Source: Candidatus Komeilibacteria bacterium
Lineage (GTDB): Bacteria; Patescibacteriota; Patescibacteriia; UBA1558; GWA2-36-10
Assembly (NCBI GenBank): GCA_018656065.1
Contig: JABHZY010000024.1
Coordinates: 75,980-139,979, forward strand
Direction: 5' to 3'
Length of the DNA: 64,000 nt
Positions 47,421-56,259 of this stretch are shown in pieces. Both the position numbers and the translations under genes were made by a program. Position 1 is the first letter of the stretch; each line of letters begins with the position of its first letter. The notes under the pieces are model-generated. The model was not told where the DNA came from. It saw only the letters and a list, made by a program, of their open reading frames with translations, and searched no databases.

Positions 47421-47936
47421 TTATTTTTTATTCTTCAATAAAATAACCTTCGCTTTATTTACAAAATGCCCTTTTACTATAATTGCTGGTTCGATAGTTT
47501 CTTTTATCATTGGCCATTTTAAATTATCCATTTGCTCAACAGATAATATTTCTACATTCATTCCCTCTGTATATTTTTCTTCATGATATTCACGAATCTC
47601 TACATCATGACGTTTAAGATAACCTTTCAATTTATGCACTGAATTTTCCATGATCTTTTTCTTATTATCATCGATGGAGTCAGACAAGCTATTTATTTTT
47701 CTTTCTAATCTCCATACCTCAATAGCTAGCTCAACAAAATCTTTAGTATCTTGAGAGATTTGTAAAAATTTTGACTGTACAGATGATTTAATCTCTGTCT
47801 TAAGCATAATTACTGACTCCTGTAATCTATTAATAATATTCAATAAAAGCTTAATTGTTGCTATTATCCCAATTAAAATAAAAACTATAGCTACTGAAAT
47901 AACTAAAATTTTAAAATCAACCATTAATAAATTCAT
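47421..47936 (-). CDS. membrane-anchored GrpE-like nucleotide exchange factor candidate
   Basis: N-terminal TM, long helix, C-terminal ...VEIL...IIVKGHFVNKAKVILLKN resembling the GrpE C-terminal beta domain (KGY.LNgRviRpA.V). Stop lies 3 nt before the Hsp70 start. Confidence 0.4.
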   Translation of the reverse strand: MNLLMVDFKILVISVAIVFILIGIIATIKLLLNIINRLQESVIMLKTEIKSSVQSKFLQISQDTKDFVELAIEVWRLERKINSLSDSIDDNKKKIMENSVHKLKGYLKRHDVEIREYHEEKYTEGMNVEILSVEQMDNLKWPMIKETIEPAIIVKGHFVNKAKVILLKNKK

Positions 47937-47961
47937 ATATATTAATAAATTATTAGTAAAT

Positions 47962-49305
47962 TTAGTATGGATCTGTACAAATATATACTCCGTCCTCTAC
48001 ATAACCTGCGTATCTACTATTTCTTCCAACATCTCTTTCACAAATAACATTGATTGAAGCAGTAGTAACACAAGATGTTCTATCTATATTCCAATCATAA
48101 CTATAACCACAACCACATACTCTTTTATCATTTTGTATATAAGAGTAACTACCTGTCCCATATGCGTTAATGCAAGAATTATTAAGTGCATCTATAGTAT
48201 AACACGCAGTTCTATCATTATTCCAATAATATCCTGATTTACAAGCACAAATATTAGTTTTACCATCTTCTGAATATTCTAAGAAACTTGTTCCCGGATA
48301 ACTTTTTGCACAAGATTGATCTCTTGCAACTATTAAATCTATACAGCTAGTGCGAGCAGTATTCCAATCATACCCACTAATACAATCACAAATTGGACCA
48401 CCGTTATCACCCTTTTTACCACTATAACGACTTTTATTCCCATATGCATCTTTACATATTTGATCATTTGTTTTTGGAACAATAGGCACAATAACACATA
48501 TTGTTTTCGAAACATTCCACATATAACCAGATAAACACCCACAAATTGGATCACCATTAGAATCTATATCTCCAGTCGAATAACTATATACTCCGTGATT
48601 ATCTATACAAATCTCTTTATTACTTTTTGTCTTTGGAATTATTGGAATATATATGTCATCTTCCTTATCTTCCGTCTTTTGATCTACTATAACATTTATA
48701 TCATCTTTTTTAATTTCAACTGAATCATCTATTTTTGAAATTATGTTTTCTGGAATTAATGTGTGGTACATCCATCCGGTTGCCTTTGTCCAACTAGATT
48801 GTGGCAATTCTTCTGCCTGCGAAGTGTTATTATCAAAATATCCACGCTCGATAAGATTCACTTTATACCACTCACCAGAAGATTCAATAATCTCTATACG
48901 AGGCAACATCGCGCCATATTGAATAACATCACAATCAAATGAAGGACACTCTCGTAAATTTTCATTTCCTATGCCTTCAAAGACCATTGGTATGTCTGCA
49001 CCATCTATTTTATTAAAATCATCAGTCTCAGAAGTTATAATATCTGAAGTTATGATATCTTTAGTTAAATCTGTTGGAATATCATTATCTGAATTAATTT
49101 TTGAAACAATAAGAAAAATAAAAAAAAGACCAATAATACTAAAAATTAAAATGTTCATCCATTTAACTTTATTACTATTAGACACTTTTTTATTAGAATC
49201 TAATTCTTTATTTGAATTAATACTATTGGCTTGCTTTGTTTTTAAAGAGTCTTTATCGTCAAGGAAACTAAGATCAATATTTAAAGACTTTCTCTTCTTT
49301 TTCAT
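47962..49305 (-). CDS. membrane-anchored extracytoplasmic protein with SH3b-like domain and about 5 Cys-rich repeats
   Basis: Signal anchor. GEWYKV...GWMY (SH3_3-like). Repeats of the form C..AYG..S.YSG..GD.G.PICxCxSGYxWNxxRTxC. Confidence 0.4.
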   Translation of the reverse strand: MKKKRKSLNIDLSFLDDKDSLKTKQANSINSNKELDSNKKVSNSNKVKWMNILIFSIIGLFFIFLIVSKINSDNDIPTDLTKDIITSDIITSETDDFNKIDGADIPMVFEGIGNENLRECPSFDCDVIQYGAMLPRIEIIESSGEWYKVNLIERGYFDNNTSQAEELPQSSWTKATGWMYHTLIPENIISKIDDSVEIKKDDINVIVDQKTEDKEDDIYIPIIPKTKSNKEICIDNHGVYSYSTGDIDSNGDPICGCLSGYMWNVSKTICVIVPIVPKTNDQICKDAYGNKSRYSGKKGDNGGPICDCISGYDWNTARTSCIDLIVARDQSCAKSYPGTSFLEYSEDGKTNICACKSGYYWNNDRTACYTIDALNNSCINAYGTGSYSYIQNDKRVCGCGYSYDWNIDRTSCVTTASINVICERDVGRNSRYAGYVEDGVYICTDPY

Positions 49306-49421
49306 GTGTTTATCTAAATTTAAATAGAATATTTAAAGATATTTAATTTCATAATAAAATTCTCTTTTATCATCCCACTTTTAACTTCAAAAGTCAATAA
49401 TTATACTAACACTAGAGAAAA

Positions 49422-50738
49422 CTAGCTTTTAAGAGTTAATAACTTATTATTTAACATTAATCTACTTTGAAAACAACCCAGTAACTCTCTTTTTTCTAAT
49501 ATACTCCCTTCTCTTAATATATACTTTGCATAATTTCGTATATCAATATCAGCAATTACAACTCTGTCTTTTACTCCCAATAATGCTTGTTGAAATTTTT
49601 TAAACCTCTCAACCTCAATTTTAATCTTCTCTTTAATTCCAATTTCATTGATATCTATAGTTCCAATCAATTTCTCAAATTGCTTAACTAAATCTAATTC
49701 ATTTATATACCCACATTTACAAAATCTATCTCTTGTTTTTGCACAACTGTAGTAGATATAACGATGTACATTACCATTTTTCTGTTTCTTTATTTTCTGC
49801 TCAGCAGTTATACCAGAACCACATAATCCACATTTCATTAATCTAGTAAAAGCAAACTCTTTGTTATTAACCTTAACAATGTGTTTTTGCATTTGTTCTT
49901 GAGTCGCATCAAACAACTCTTTAGTGATAATAGGCTCATGTTTACCTGTATACCAATTACCACTTCTCTTCGGATACTCAAAAACACCATAATAGAAGGT
50001 ATTTTTGAAGAGTACGTAGAGATTACCTAATGTAAGATTTTTATTACCTACTGTCTTAAAATTTAAATCAAATTTTAGCCAATGGTAAACTTTACGACCA
50101 CTCCATTTTTCATAAGCAACTTTTTCAAATATCTGTTTGATAATAGGGGCGCGGTCTGGGTCAATAATAGCCTCACATTTATGATCCATATTTTTATCTT
50201 TTAAATATCCAGTTGGAGCGGGCGCAGGCCATAAACCCATCTCAACTCTTGCTTTAAGTCCCCTTCTTACATTTATACTTTTATTATCATTCTCTAACTT
50301 TGCCTGCGAACATAAAATCATTAAAAGAAATTTTTCGTTTGGCGAGTTCTTAAACTGTTGACCATAGGTACGTATCTCAATTAATAACTTCTGATCCATA
50401 AGATCTACTAAACTTCCTAGATCTCCGGCATTTCTACTTAGCCTATCTGGCGCCCAAGTTATAATCCCGTTATATCTCCCACGCCTTATATCTTCAAGTA
50501 TTTCTTTAAACACTGGACGTTGTCCAGAATCTTTAGCAGAATGAGCTTCTCTACGTATATCTATAATCTCAAGCTCATCACGCTCTGCGATTGCAAGCAT
50601 TTCTTTAACTTGTGAATCAATAGAAAGAGCCTGTTTCTCGTCTGATTCAGTTGATTTACGAGCATATAAACAATACTTAATTTTAACGTCTGTGACTTGT
50701 TTTTCCTTACCAATTAAGGATGTTTTATTGTTTTCCAT
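49422..50738 (-). CDS. large serine recombinase (resolvase/integrase)
   Basis: Catalytic N-domain YARKSTESDEKQ...RLSRN, recombinase domain, Zn ribbon CGLCGSG...YYSCAK. Confidence 0.8.
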   Translation of the reverse strand: MENNKTSLIGKEKQVTDVKIKYCLYARKSTESDEKQALSIDSQVKEMLAIAERDELEIIDIRREAHSAKDSGQRPVFKEILEDIRRGRYNGIITWAPDRLSRNAGDLGSLVDLMDQKLLIEIRTYGQQFKNSPNEKFLLMILCSQAKLENDNKSINVRRGLKARVEMGLWPAPAPTGYLKDKNMDHKCEAIIDPDRAPIIKQIFEKVAYEKWSGRKVYHWLKFDLNFKTVGNKNLTLGNLYVLFKNTFYYGVFEYPKRSGNWYTGKHEPIITKELFDATQEQMQKHIVKVNNKEFAFTRLMKCGLCGSGITAEQKIKKQKNGNVHRYIYYSCAKTRDRFCKCGYINELDLVKQFEKLIGTIDINEIGIKEKIKIEVERFKKFQQALLGVKDRVVIADIDIRNYAKYILREGSILEKRELLGCFQSRLMLNNKLLTLKS

Positions 50739-50892
50739 ACCTTAATTGATGACACATTTCATAGCTTCTGCTAAGCACTACGTTGTCGACAACTTGTTGG
50801 CAACTTTCCTTAGCAAAACATCAAATAAGCGTTATAATATAGACGTAAACATACATAATATGTATAATTGAAATAATTATTAAATTAAAAAT

Positions 50893-51696
50893 ATGTCAGG
50901 ATTTTTTGCATTTTTATTATTTTTATCATTACTTAGCATACCTATTGGATTGATAAAGCCTAGTCTTTTTAATAAACTATTTAAAAAAGATATGACTAGG
51001 AAGAAATTGACTATCATTTTTGTTATTACTAGCTTTGTATTATTTTTTGCTTTTGGGTCTACTGTTGATTCTACCGTTGACATTCAAGATAATAAAACTA
51101 TTGATGTTCAAGATGATAAAATAGCTCTTAAAGAAAATAATGAGCCCACTGACACTCAAAAAGAACCTAACGAAGAAGAAAAAAATACAGTAGTAAATGA
51201 AGAATCTGAAGAAACGAATAATACAAACGAAGAAGAAAACACAGTATTAAATAATAAATCCGAAGAGTCTAATACTAACACAGATGAAAATGATATTACT
51301 CCTCCACCAACCCAAGTAGAAGAGCCAATAATAGATCCAGCTCCTCAAACAACTAGGGAAAGCGCATTAGTAATTTTAAAAGAAAATGCTAAACAAGAAT
51401 GGGGAGAAGACTACAGTATGGTTCAATATGAATATGAAGGCCAAGTAGAAGCCTATGATTGGGTTATGGCTAAAACCGAATATCCAGATATTATGAATAA
51501 GGCCAAACAAGAATGGGGAAATGATTATAAAATGGTTAAGTATGAATATGAAGGTCAAGTAGAAGCCTATGAATGGATAGAAGCCCAAACAGAATATCCA
51601 AACATTATGAGTAATGCTAAACAAGAATGGGGAGATGATTATAAAATGGTTAAGTATGAGTACAATAAGCAGGTTGAAGCTTATGATAACTTATAA
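50893..51696 (+). CDS. membrane-anchored acidic protein with three 39-aa tandem repeats
   Basis: TM. E/N/T-rich low-complexity region. Three copies of AKQEWG-DY-MV-YEYEGQVEAY-W--A-TEYP-IM. Confidence 0.4.
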   Translation: MSGFFAFLLFLSLLSIPIGLIKPSLFNKLFKKDMTRKKLTIIFVITSFVLFFAFGSTVDSTVDIQDNKTIDVQDDKIALKENNEPTDTQKEPNEEEKNTVVNEESEETNNTNEEENTVLNNKSEESNTNTDENDITPPPTQVEEPIIDPAPQTTRESALVILKENAKQEWGEDYSMVQYEYEGQVEAYDWVMAKTEYPDIMNKAKQEWGNDYKMVKYEYEGQVEAYEWIEAQTEYPNIMSNAKQEWGDDYKMVKYEYNKQVEAYDNL

Positions 51697-53133
51697 TATC
51701 CATACTTCTGGCATTGGCTGATTTAAATCTCTAGTGATCTCATTAATTAACAGGGAAAAAGCATCAGATAAATCATCATGCTTCTCACTACCAAATCCTA
51801 ATAGTTGCTGTCTTAGTGTATCTATTCCTTGTCTAGGAAATAATACATTACCAGCTTGTATCTGATGTGTAGTTGCGGATAGACGTGATCTTTTGTCTGC
51901 TCCAGCTACAGGAACACCCACTACGTTAATATGACTATATTCTGATTGTAAATTCTGCACTAAGTATTCTTGGGCCGCTACACTTTCAACATAAAATGTT
52001 GCACCAGATCCAAATGTATTATGAAGTAATAATGTTTCCTGTATAATCTCAGGAAAAGTTATCCTCTTATTTATAGGATTAGGTAAGATATATATTTTTG
52101 CATCTTTCCCATAACCATAAACTTTTGCACAAACCATCGCTGTACAATCAGCAGTGGTTTTTTGAGATATAGCTAAATCAATTCCTATCGCAACACTTCT
52201 TAAATTTCTTTCGTTTGGTAGTTCATCATAATAATGTAACCAACCCTCTTGAATCAACTGGCCCTCATCAGATATTATTCTTAACATGTATTCTCTATTC
52301 CAAGCAACTTCATTTCCTATCTTCCTACATTCCATCTCAACATCTTTATCTGTAGGATATTTACCAGGCCAAAGACAATTACCCTTTTCATCAACTAAAG
52401 GAAAATAAAGGAATCTCCCATCTGTACGATTATTATCAATGTCACTCTTGAGCCTCATGAGAAGCGAGTCCTCATGTAGTAAATTACCAACCACTACCAA
52501 TCTTGCGTCTTTATCTCCAGCAGGAACCACCTCTCCTTTTAACCATTGATAGGTCTTGTTCCTACCTTCTAAGGTCTTTGCTGATGTCATATTTTCAACA
52601 TCGTCACAAATAATTAAATCTGGTCTATGCTCATGATGCCTAATTCCACGAATACTTTGTTCAGCGGAAGCAACAGTAATACGAGCATTGGTATTTGAGA
52701 ATACTAGAGAATGTGAACCCCATTCATCACTATCTTCACGAAATGGTCCTAAATCTCTTTTTAATAGGTCATTATCTTCTAGCTCTCGACGTAGATTCAT
52801 CATATGTTGTTTTGCCTGAGCCTGCGTTTGGCAAAAAATAGTAACAAATCTTTTCTGTTGGCTTCCAAGGATGGCCCAAATTGGGTAAGCAGTGGTAACC
52901 ATTGTAGATTTACCCGACCCTCTAAAGGCTACTACAAATAGATCTTCATTATCACTTTTTTCCAGTACATGGATGATTTCTTTCTGGAAGTCTGCTGTTG
53001 CATATTTTATATAATGTGCAAAATAAAAGTGAAAGAAGTAAGAAAAGCTTTCTTTAGTTATTGCTACTCTTACTTTTTTATCCTTTGTCATTTGATCTAC
53101 TAGCTCTTGTGGTATCATTTTTTTCTTTAACAT
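51691..53133 (-). CDS. phage terminase large subunit
   Basis: Walker A FRGSGKST, Walker B LIICDDVE, C-terminal RNase-H-like nuclease (AIGIDLA). Confidence 0.8.
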   Translation of the reverse strand: MLKKKMIPQELVDQMTKDKKVRVAITKESFSYFFHFYFAHYIKYATADFQKEIIHVLEKSDNEDLFVVAFRGSGKSTMVTTAYPIWAILGSQQKRFVTIFCQTQAQAKQHMMNLRRELEDNDLLKRDLGPFREDSDEWGSHSLVFSNTNARITVASAEQSIRGIRHHEHRPDLIICDDVENMTSAKTLEGRNKTYQWLKGEVVPAGDKDARLVVVGNLLHEDSLLMRLKSDIDNNRTDGRFLYFPLVDEKGNCLWPGKYPTDKDVEMECRKIGNEVAWNREYMLRIISDEGQLIQEGWLHYYDELPNERNLRSVAIGIDLAISQKTTADCTAMVCAKVYGYGKDAKIYILPNPINKRITFPEIIQETLLLHNTFGSGATFYVESVAAQEYLVQNLQSEYSHINVVGVPVAGADKRSRLSATTHQIQAGNVLFPRQGIDTLRQQLLGFGSEKHDDLSDAFSLLINEITRDLNQPMPEVWIL

Positions 53134-53527
53134 ATTCTTTATTGTTATCTGATAAAATATCCGCCAATTGCAGAGCTTTGTGAACTACTGCAGTTTGTGA
53201 CGGAGTAAGTTCTCCTGAATCTTCAAATTTAGAAGTAACTTCTACTTTGTCTCTAAAACGTGGATTTCGATGATTAAGCCAAAACCTTATAGCAGAAAAA
53301 TTTTTTTCTTTTATAAGAGTCAATAATTGGCTTTCAGACATATCATTAACCAAGTCTTCACCTTCGACTAATGCCTCATCCATAGCTTTAGAGAATTTTT
53401 TATCGTCTCGCTTCCAACGATAGATACTATTTCTTGATATGCCAGTTTTCTCGCAAGCTACTTGCACTATTGGAACTTTTTTTAGCTCCGCAAGAAAGCT
53501 GTCTCTAATTCTATTTTTCTTAGACAT
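53078..53527 (-). CDS. HTH protein, terminase small subunit-like
   Basis: N-terminal helix-turn-helix (CEKTGISRNSIYRWK). Position is immediately upstream of TerL and overlaps it by 56 nt. Confidence 0.4.
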   Translation of the reverse strand: MSKKNRIRDSFLAELKKVPIVQVACEKTGISRNSIYRWKRDDKKFSKAMDEALVEGEDLVNDMSESQLLTLIKEKNFSAIRFWLNHRNPRFRDKVEVTSKFEDSGELTPSQTAVVHKALQLADILSDNNKEYVKEKNDTTRASRSNDKG

Positions 53528-54794
53528 GATCCACCTTTGCCTTTCTACCGGTTAACTTCTCATATCTTCTGATAGTCAAATCACAAAATATAGGTTCTAG
53601 CTCAATTGCATAAACTTTTCGCTTTAGTTGTTCACTAGCAATAATAGTACTACCTGAACCAGAGAATGAATCTAGAATGATATCTCCTGGCCTACTACAA
53701 CGCCTTATAGCCTTCTCATGAAGCTTTGGTGGCTTACTAGTCGCATGTTCATATTTTTGACCAGATAAACGCTTTACAAGCCATATATCAAGCTCGTCAG
53801 AAGCTTCGGCAAATAGGTTGTTACCTGTAGTCATCTCTTTATTCAATACTTCGTTGAGATTGTTAATATTAGGTGTAATATATGGTTTACCCAGCACTCC
53901 ATATACCACAGGCTCATAACATTTATTGAAGGCGACCTTTGGCGTGGGATTCTGTGAATTTTTTAACCACAAACACACTCGCTTATTCACAATACCGAGT
54001 TCTCTGTATAATTCTTGTATCAAACCAATATAAGTTTGATCACACCAATAGAAGATGTGACTATTGGCAGCTGTAACCGATAAAGCAGTAACTAAAGTTT
54101 CTTTTATAAAGTTTTTATACTCTTCATAAGTGCGTTTATCATTTACATTACCACCATAATCTTTCTTACCTCCAATTCCCTTAGAATAATCTAGATTTAT
54201 ATTGTAAGGTGGATCACTATATATCATTGAAGCTTTTTCATCTCCAAACAATCGTTTGAGATTTTTTGGATCAGTAGAACTACCACATAACAACTTATGT
54301 GGTCCTAAATAAATTAAGTCACCCAGCTTTGTTTTTGGTGTCTTAATTTTCTTAAGTTCTTCTTCGACATCAAAATTCTCATCTTTGACTTCTAGCTCCT
54401 CGTCCCATAAATGAGCCAGGTCTATTTGATCAAAACCTATATCAACTAACAGATCGAGATCAAAAGACTTTAATTTTTCAAAATCCCAAGAGCCACCTAA
54501 GGTGTTGCTAGCTATAAGGTAACGCTCGGATTCTTCTTTGGTTAGTTGTCTGTTAGGAATACGAACATCAATAAGCTCTTCGCCTCGACCTAATAGCTGT
54601 AGAGCCTTGATTCTCTGATGGCCAGCTAATATTTTGCCATTTAGATCAATAGCTGGTATTTCCACTAAATTGAACTTTTTCAAATTCTTTTGTAAATCTG
54701 ACATTTGCTTATCAGAAATAGTACGAGGATTAACGTCTTGTGGAATAAGATCATTTACTCGTTTTGACACTGTGTGCCATTTCAATTTTTCCAT
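53520..54794 (-). CDS. ParB-like nuclease domain fused to beta-class DNA N6A/N4C methyltransferase
   Basis: ParB N-domain (EIPAIDLNGKILAGHQRIKA). DPPY motif (IYSDPPYN) precedes the FxGxG motif (ILDSFSGSGST). Confidence 0.8.
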   Translation of the reverse strand: MEKLKWHTVSKRVNDLIPQDVNPRTISDKQMSDLQKNLKKFNLVEIPAIDLNGKILAGHQRIKALQLLGRGEELIDVRIPNRQLTKEESERYLIASNTLGGSWDFEKLKSFDLDLLVDIGFDQIDLAHLWDEELEVKDENFDVEEELKKIKTPKTKLGDLIYLGPHKLLCGSSTDPKNLKRLFGDEKASMIYSDPPYNINLDYSKGIGGKKDYGGNVNDKRTYEEYKNFIKETLVTALSVTAANSHIFYWCDQTYIGLIQELYRELGIVNKRVCLWLKNSQNPTPKVAFNKCYEPVVYGVLGKPYITPNINNLNEVLNKEMTTGNNLFAEASDELDIWLVKRLSGQKYEHATSKPPKLHEKAIRRCSRPGDIILDSFSGSGSTIIASEQLKRKVYAIELEPIFCDLTIRRYEKLTGRKAKVDHV

Positions 54795-54878
54795 AATTTT
54801 ATTATTTAATTATTAATTAAAAAACCGTAATCGACTTTGATTACAGCTTATAATAACTAATAAAAGTATGGGTGGGGT

Positions 54879-55712
54879 TTAAGGAGTATCTTTAAACCCT
54901 ACAGATTTTTTCAGTTTCTCAATGTTACTAACTATATTTCTAATAGTCCCCCAACTAGAAATTCCGTACTTTTCTCTTATTACTTTTTCAGTTTCATGAT
55001 CCGTTCTTTCATTATACCAACATTTATCTCTTTTATATTTTGAAGTTGGTTTTTTTCTAAACTCTTTATAAATATTATATATCTCCAAATCTCTATGAAA
55101 ATTTTTATATTCCTTGTGTTTTACTTTATATTTTGACAAAGTAGCTTGTTCTTCTTTAATTATTGGCCATAATTTTTCAAGATCTTCTTTTCTTGTATGT
55201 GGTAATATTTTAATAAATAATTCGGCTTCACCTATTTTTTCATTCCTTTTCCAAGTAATAATTAATGGGGTATTAGTAAACTCTCTTTTATTGAAAAAGA
55301 TGTATTCGATAACAAAATCTTTAAATCTCCTATAGTTTTTATCCTTTCTTTTAATGTTATATTCTCTAAGAAGATCATCTATATCACTACCATATACAGG
55401 AGGTAATTCTCTATACTGAAGTTTTTCTATCTTATCTTGTTCTTTTTTACTCCAACTATCCTTACCTCTAGTTATTTTACTAATTTTATTTTTAAATTTT
55501 TCGCTATATTCAATCTTAGCTCTACAGTCAAAGTATCTATCATTCCATTTTAGATATTCTTTGTAGCTTTTAAATCCATTGTCTGGTATTGGACAACCAA
55601 ACTTATTGAACTTTTTAATTAATTGATCTATAAATTTAATAAATTTAGGATCAGCCATTATAAATTCAGCCTTATAATAATCTGTATTATGTATTTTTCT
55701 TATCTTCTTCAT
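54879..55712 (-). CDS. hypothetical basic protein
   Basis: ORF, Lys/Arg-rich; no recombinase motifs found. Confidence 0.3.
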   Translation of the reverse strand: MKKIRKIHNTDYYKAEFIMADPKFIKFIDQLIKKFNKFGCPIPDNGFKSYKEYLKWNDRYFDCRAKIEYSEKFKNKISKITRGKDSWSKKEQDKIEKLQYRELPPVYGSDIDDLLREYNIKRKDKNYRRFKDFVIEYIFFNKREFTNTPLIITWKRNEKIGEAELFIKILPHTRKEDLEKLWPIIKEEQATLSKYKVKHKEYKNFHRDLEIYNIYKEFRKKPTSKYKRDKCWYNERTDHETEKVIREKYGISSWGTIRNIVSNIEKLKKSVGFKDTP

Positions 55713-55752
55713 AACTTGATTTTGCCACTTTTTAGGCGTAAAGTAAAGTCAT

Positions 55753-56259
55753 ATGGGATTATCAGATAAAACAATAAAAGAGTACCAAAGGATATTCAAG
55801 GAAAGCTACAATCATCCTGTCTCCTATGAAAAAGCTGAGGAATATGGGAATAGATTAGCTGACTTTTTCCAATTAATAGTTGATATGGATATGGCTAATG
55901 AAGAGAAAAAGGCTCGTTTAAAAGAATCTCCCAAAGGATTTCCTTTAGATGATGGCTCTACTTATAATTGTTGCGTGTGTTATAGACAAGTAACTGGTAA
56001 AGAAGGTTGGTATGATAAATATGGTAATAAGTGCCTAAATTGCCAAAAAGCCCTGGATAAAAAGGTAATTCCAGGCTATATTTGTAATGATAGAGATAGC
56101 TTCTATTTAATCTGGGAATTAAAAGATAAATTTGGCATTCATCACACTACTGCCAGAAAGATGGTTAGAGAAGGTAAATTAAAAGCTAGAATTATACAAA
56201 ATGAGCATGGTAAGCTTCATGAGTATGTGTTTATAATAAAAGAAAATAAAAAATTATGA
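55753..56259 (+). CDS. hypothetical protein with Cys cluster
   Basis: Cys cluster CCVCYRQ...CLNCQ. Overlaps the next gene by 4 nt. Confidence 0.3.
   Translation: MGLSDKTIKEYQRIFKESYNHPVSYEKAEEYGNRLADFFQLIVDMDMANEEKKARLKESPKGFPLDDGSTYNCCVCYRQVTGKEGWYDKYGNKCLNCQKALDKKVIPGYICNDRDSFYLIWELKDKFGIHHTTARKMVREGKLKARIIQNEHGKLHEYVFIIKENKKL

Noticed and set aside
47320-47586. ORF 47320-47586 (+)
   Set aside because: Short antisense ORF inside a longer, better-supported minus-strand gene.
48339-48557. ORF 48339-48557 (-)
   Set aside because: Short out-of-frame ORF inside a longer, better-supported minus-strand gene.
48000-48560. Possible CRISPR-like or tandem DNA repeats
   Set aside because: The periodicity comes from protein-level Cys-rich domain repeats inside a continuous ORF. 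There are no short identical direct repeats with unique spacers. No CRISPR array anywhere in the window.
48971-49327. ORF 48971-49327 (+)
   Set aside because: Short antisense ORF inside a longer, better-supported minus-strand gene.
50880-51083. ORF 50880-51083 (-)
   Set aside because: Short antisense ORF overlapping the better-supported plus-strand repeat-protein gene 50893-51696.
51376-51624. ORF 51376-51624 (-)
   Set aside because: Repeat-induced antisense ORF inside the plus-strand repeat-protein gene 50893-51696.
54634-54816. ORF 54634-54816 (+)
   Set aside because: Short antisense ORF inside a longer, better-supported minus-strand gene.
55114-55335. ORF 55114-55335 (+)
   Set aside because: Short antisense ORF inside a longer, better-supported minus-strand gene.
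54879-55712. Basic 277-aa protein as the missing tyrosine integrase
   Set aside because: No R...HxxR...Y catalytic pattern could be found. Left as hypothetical.
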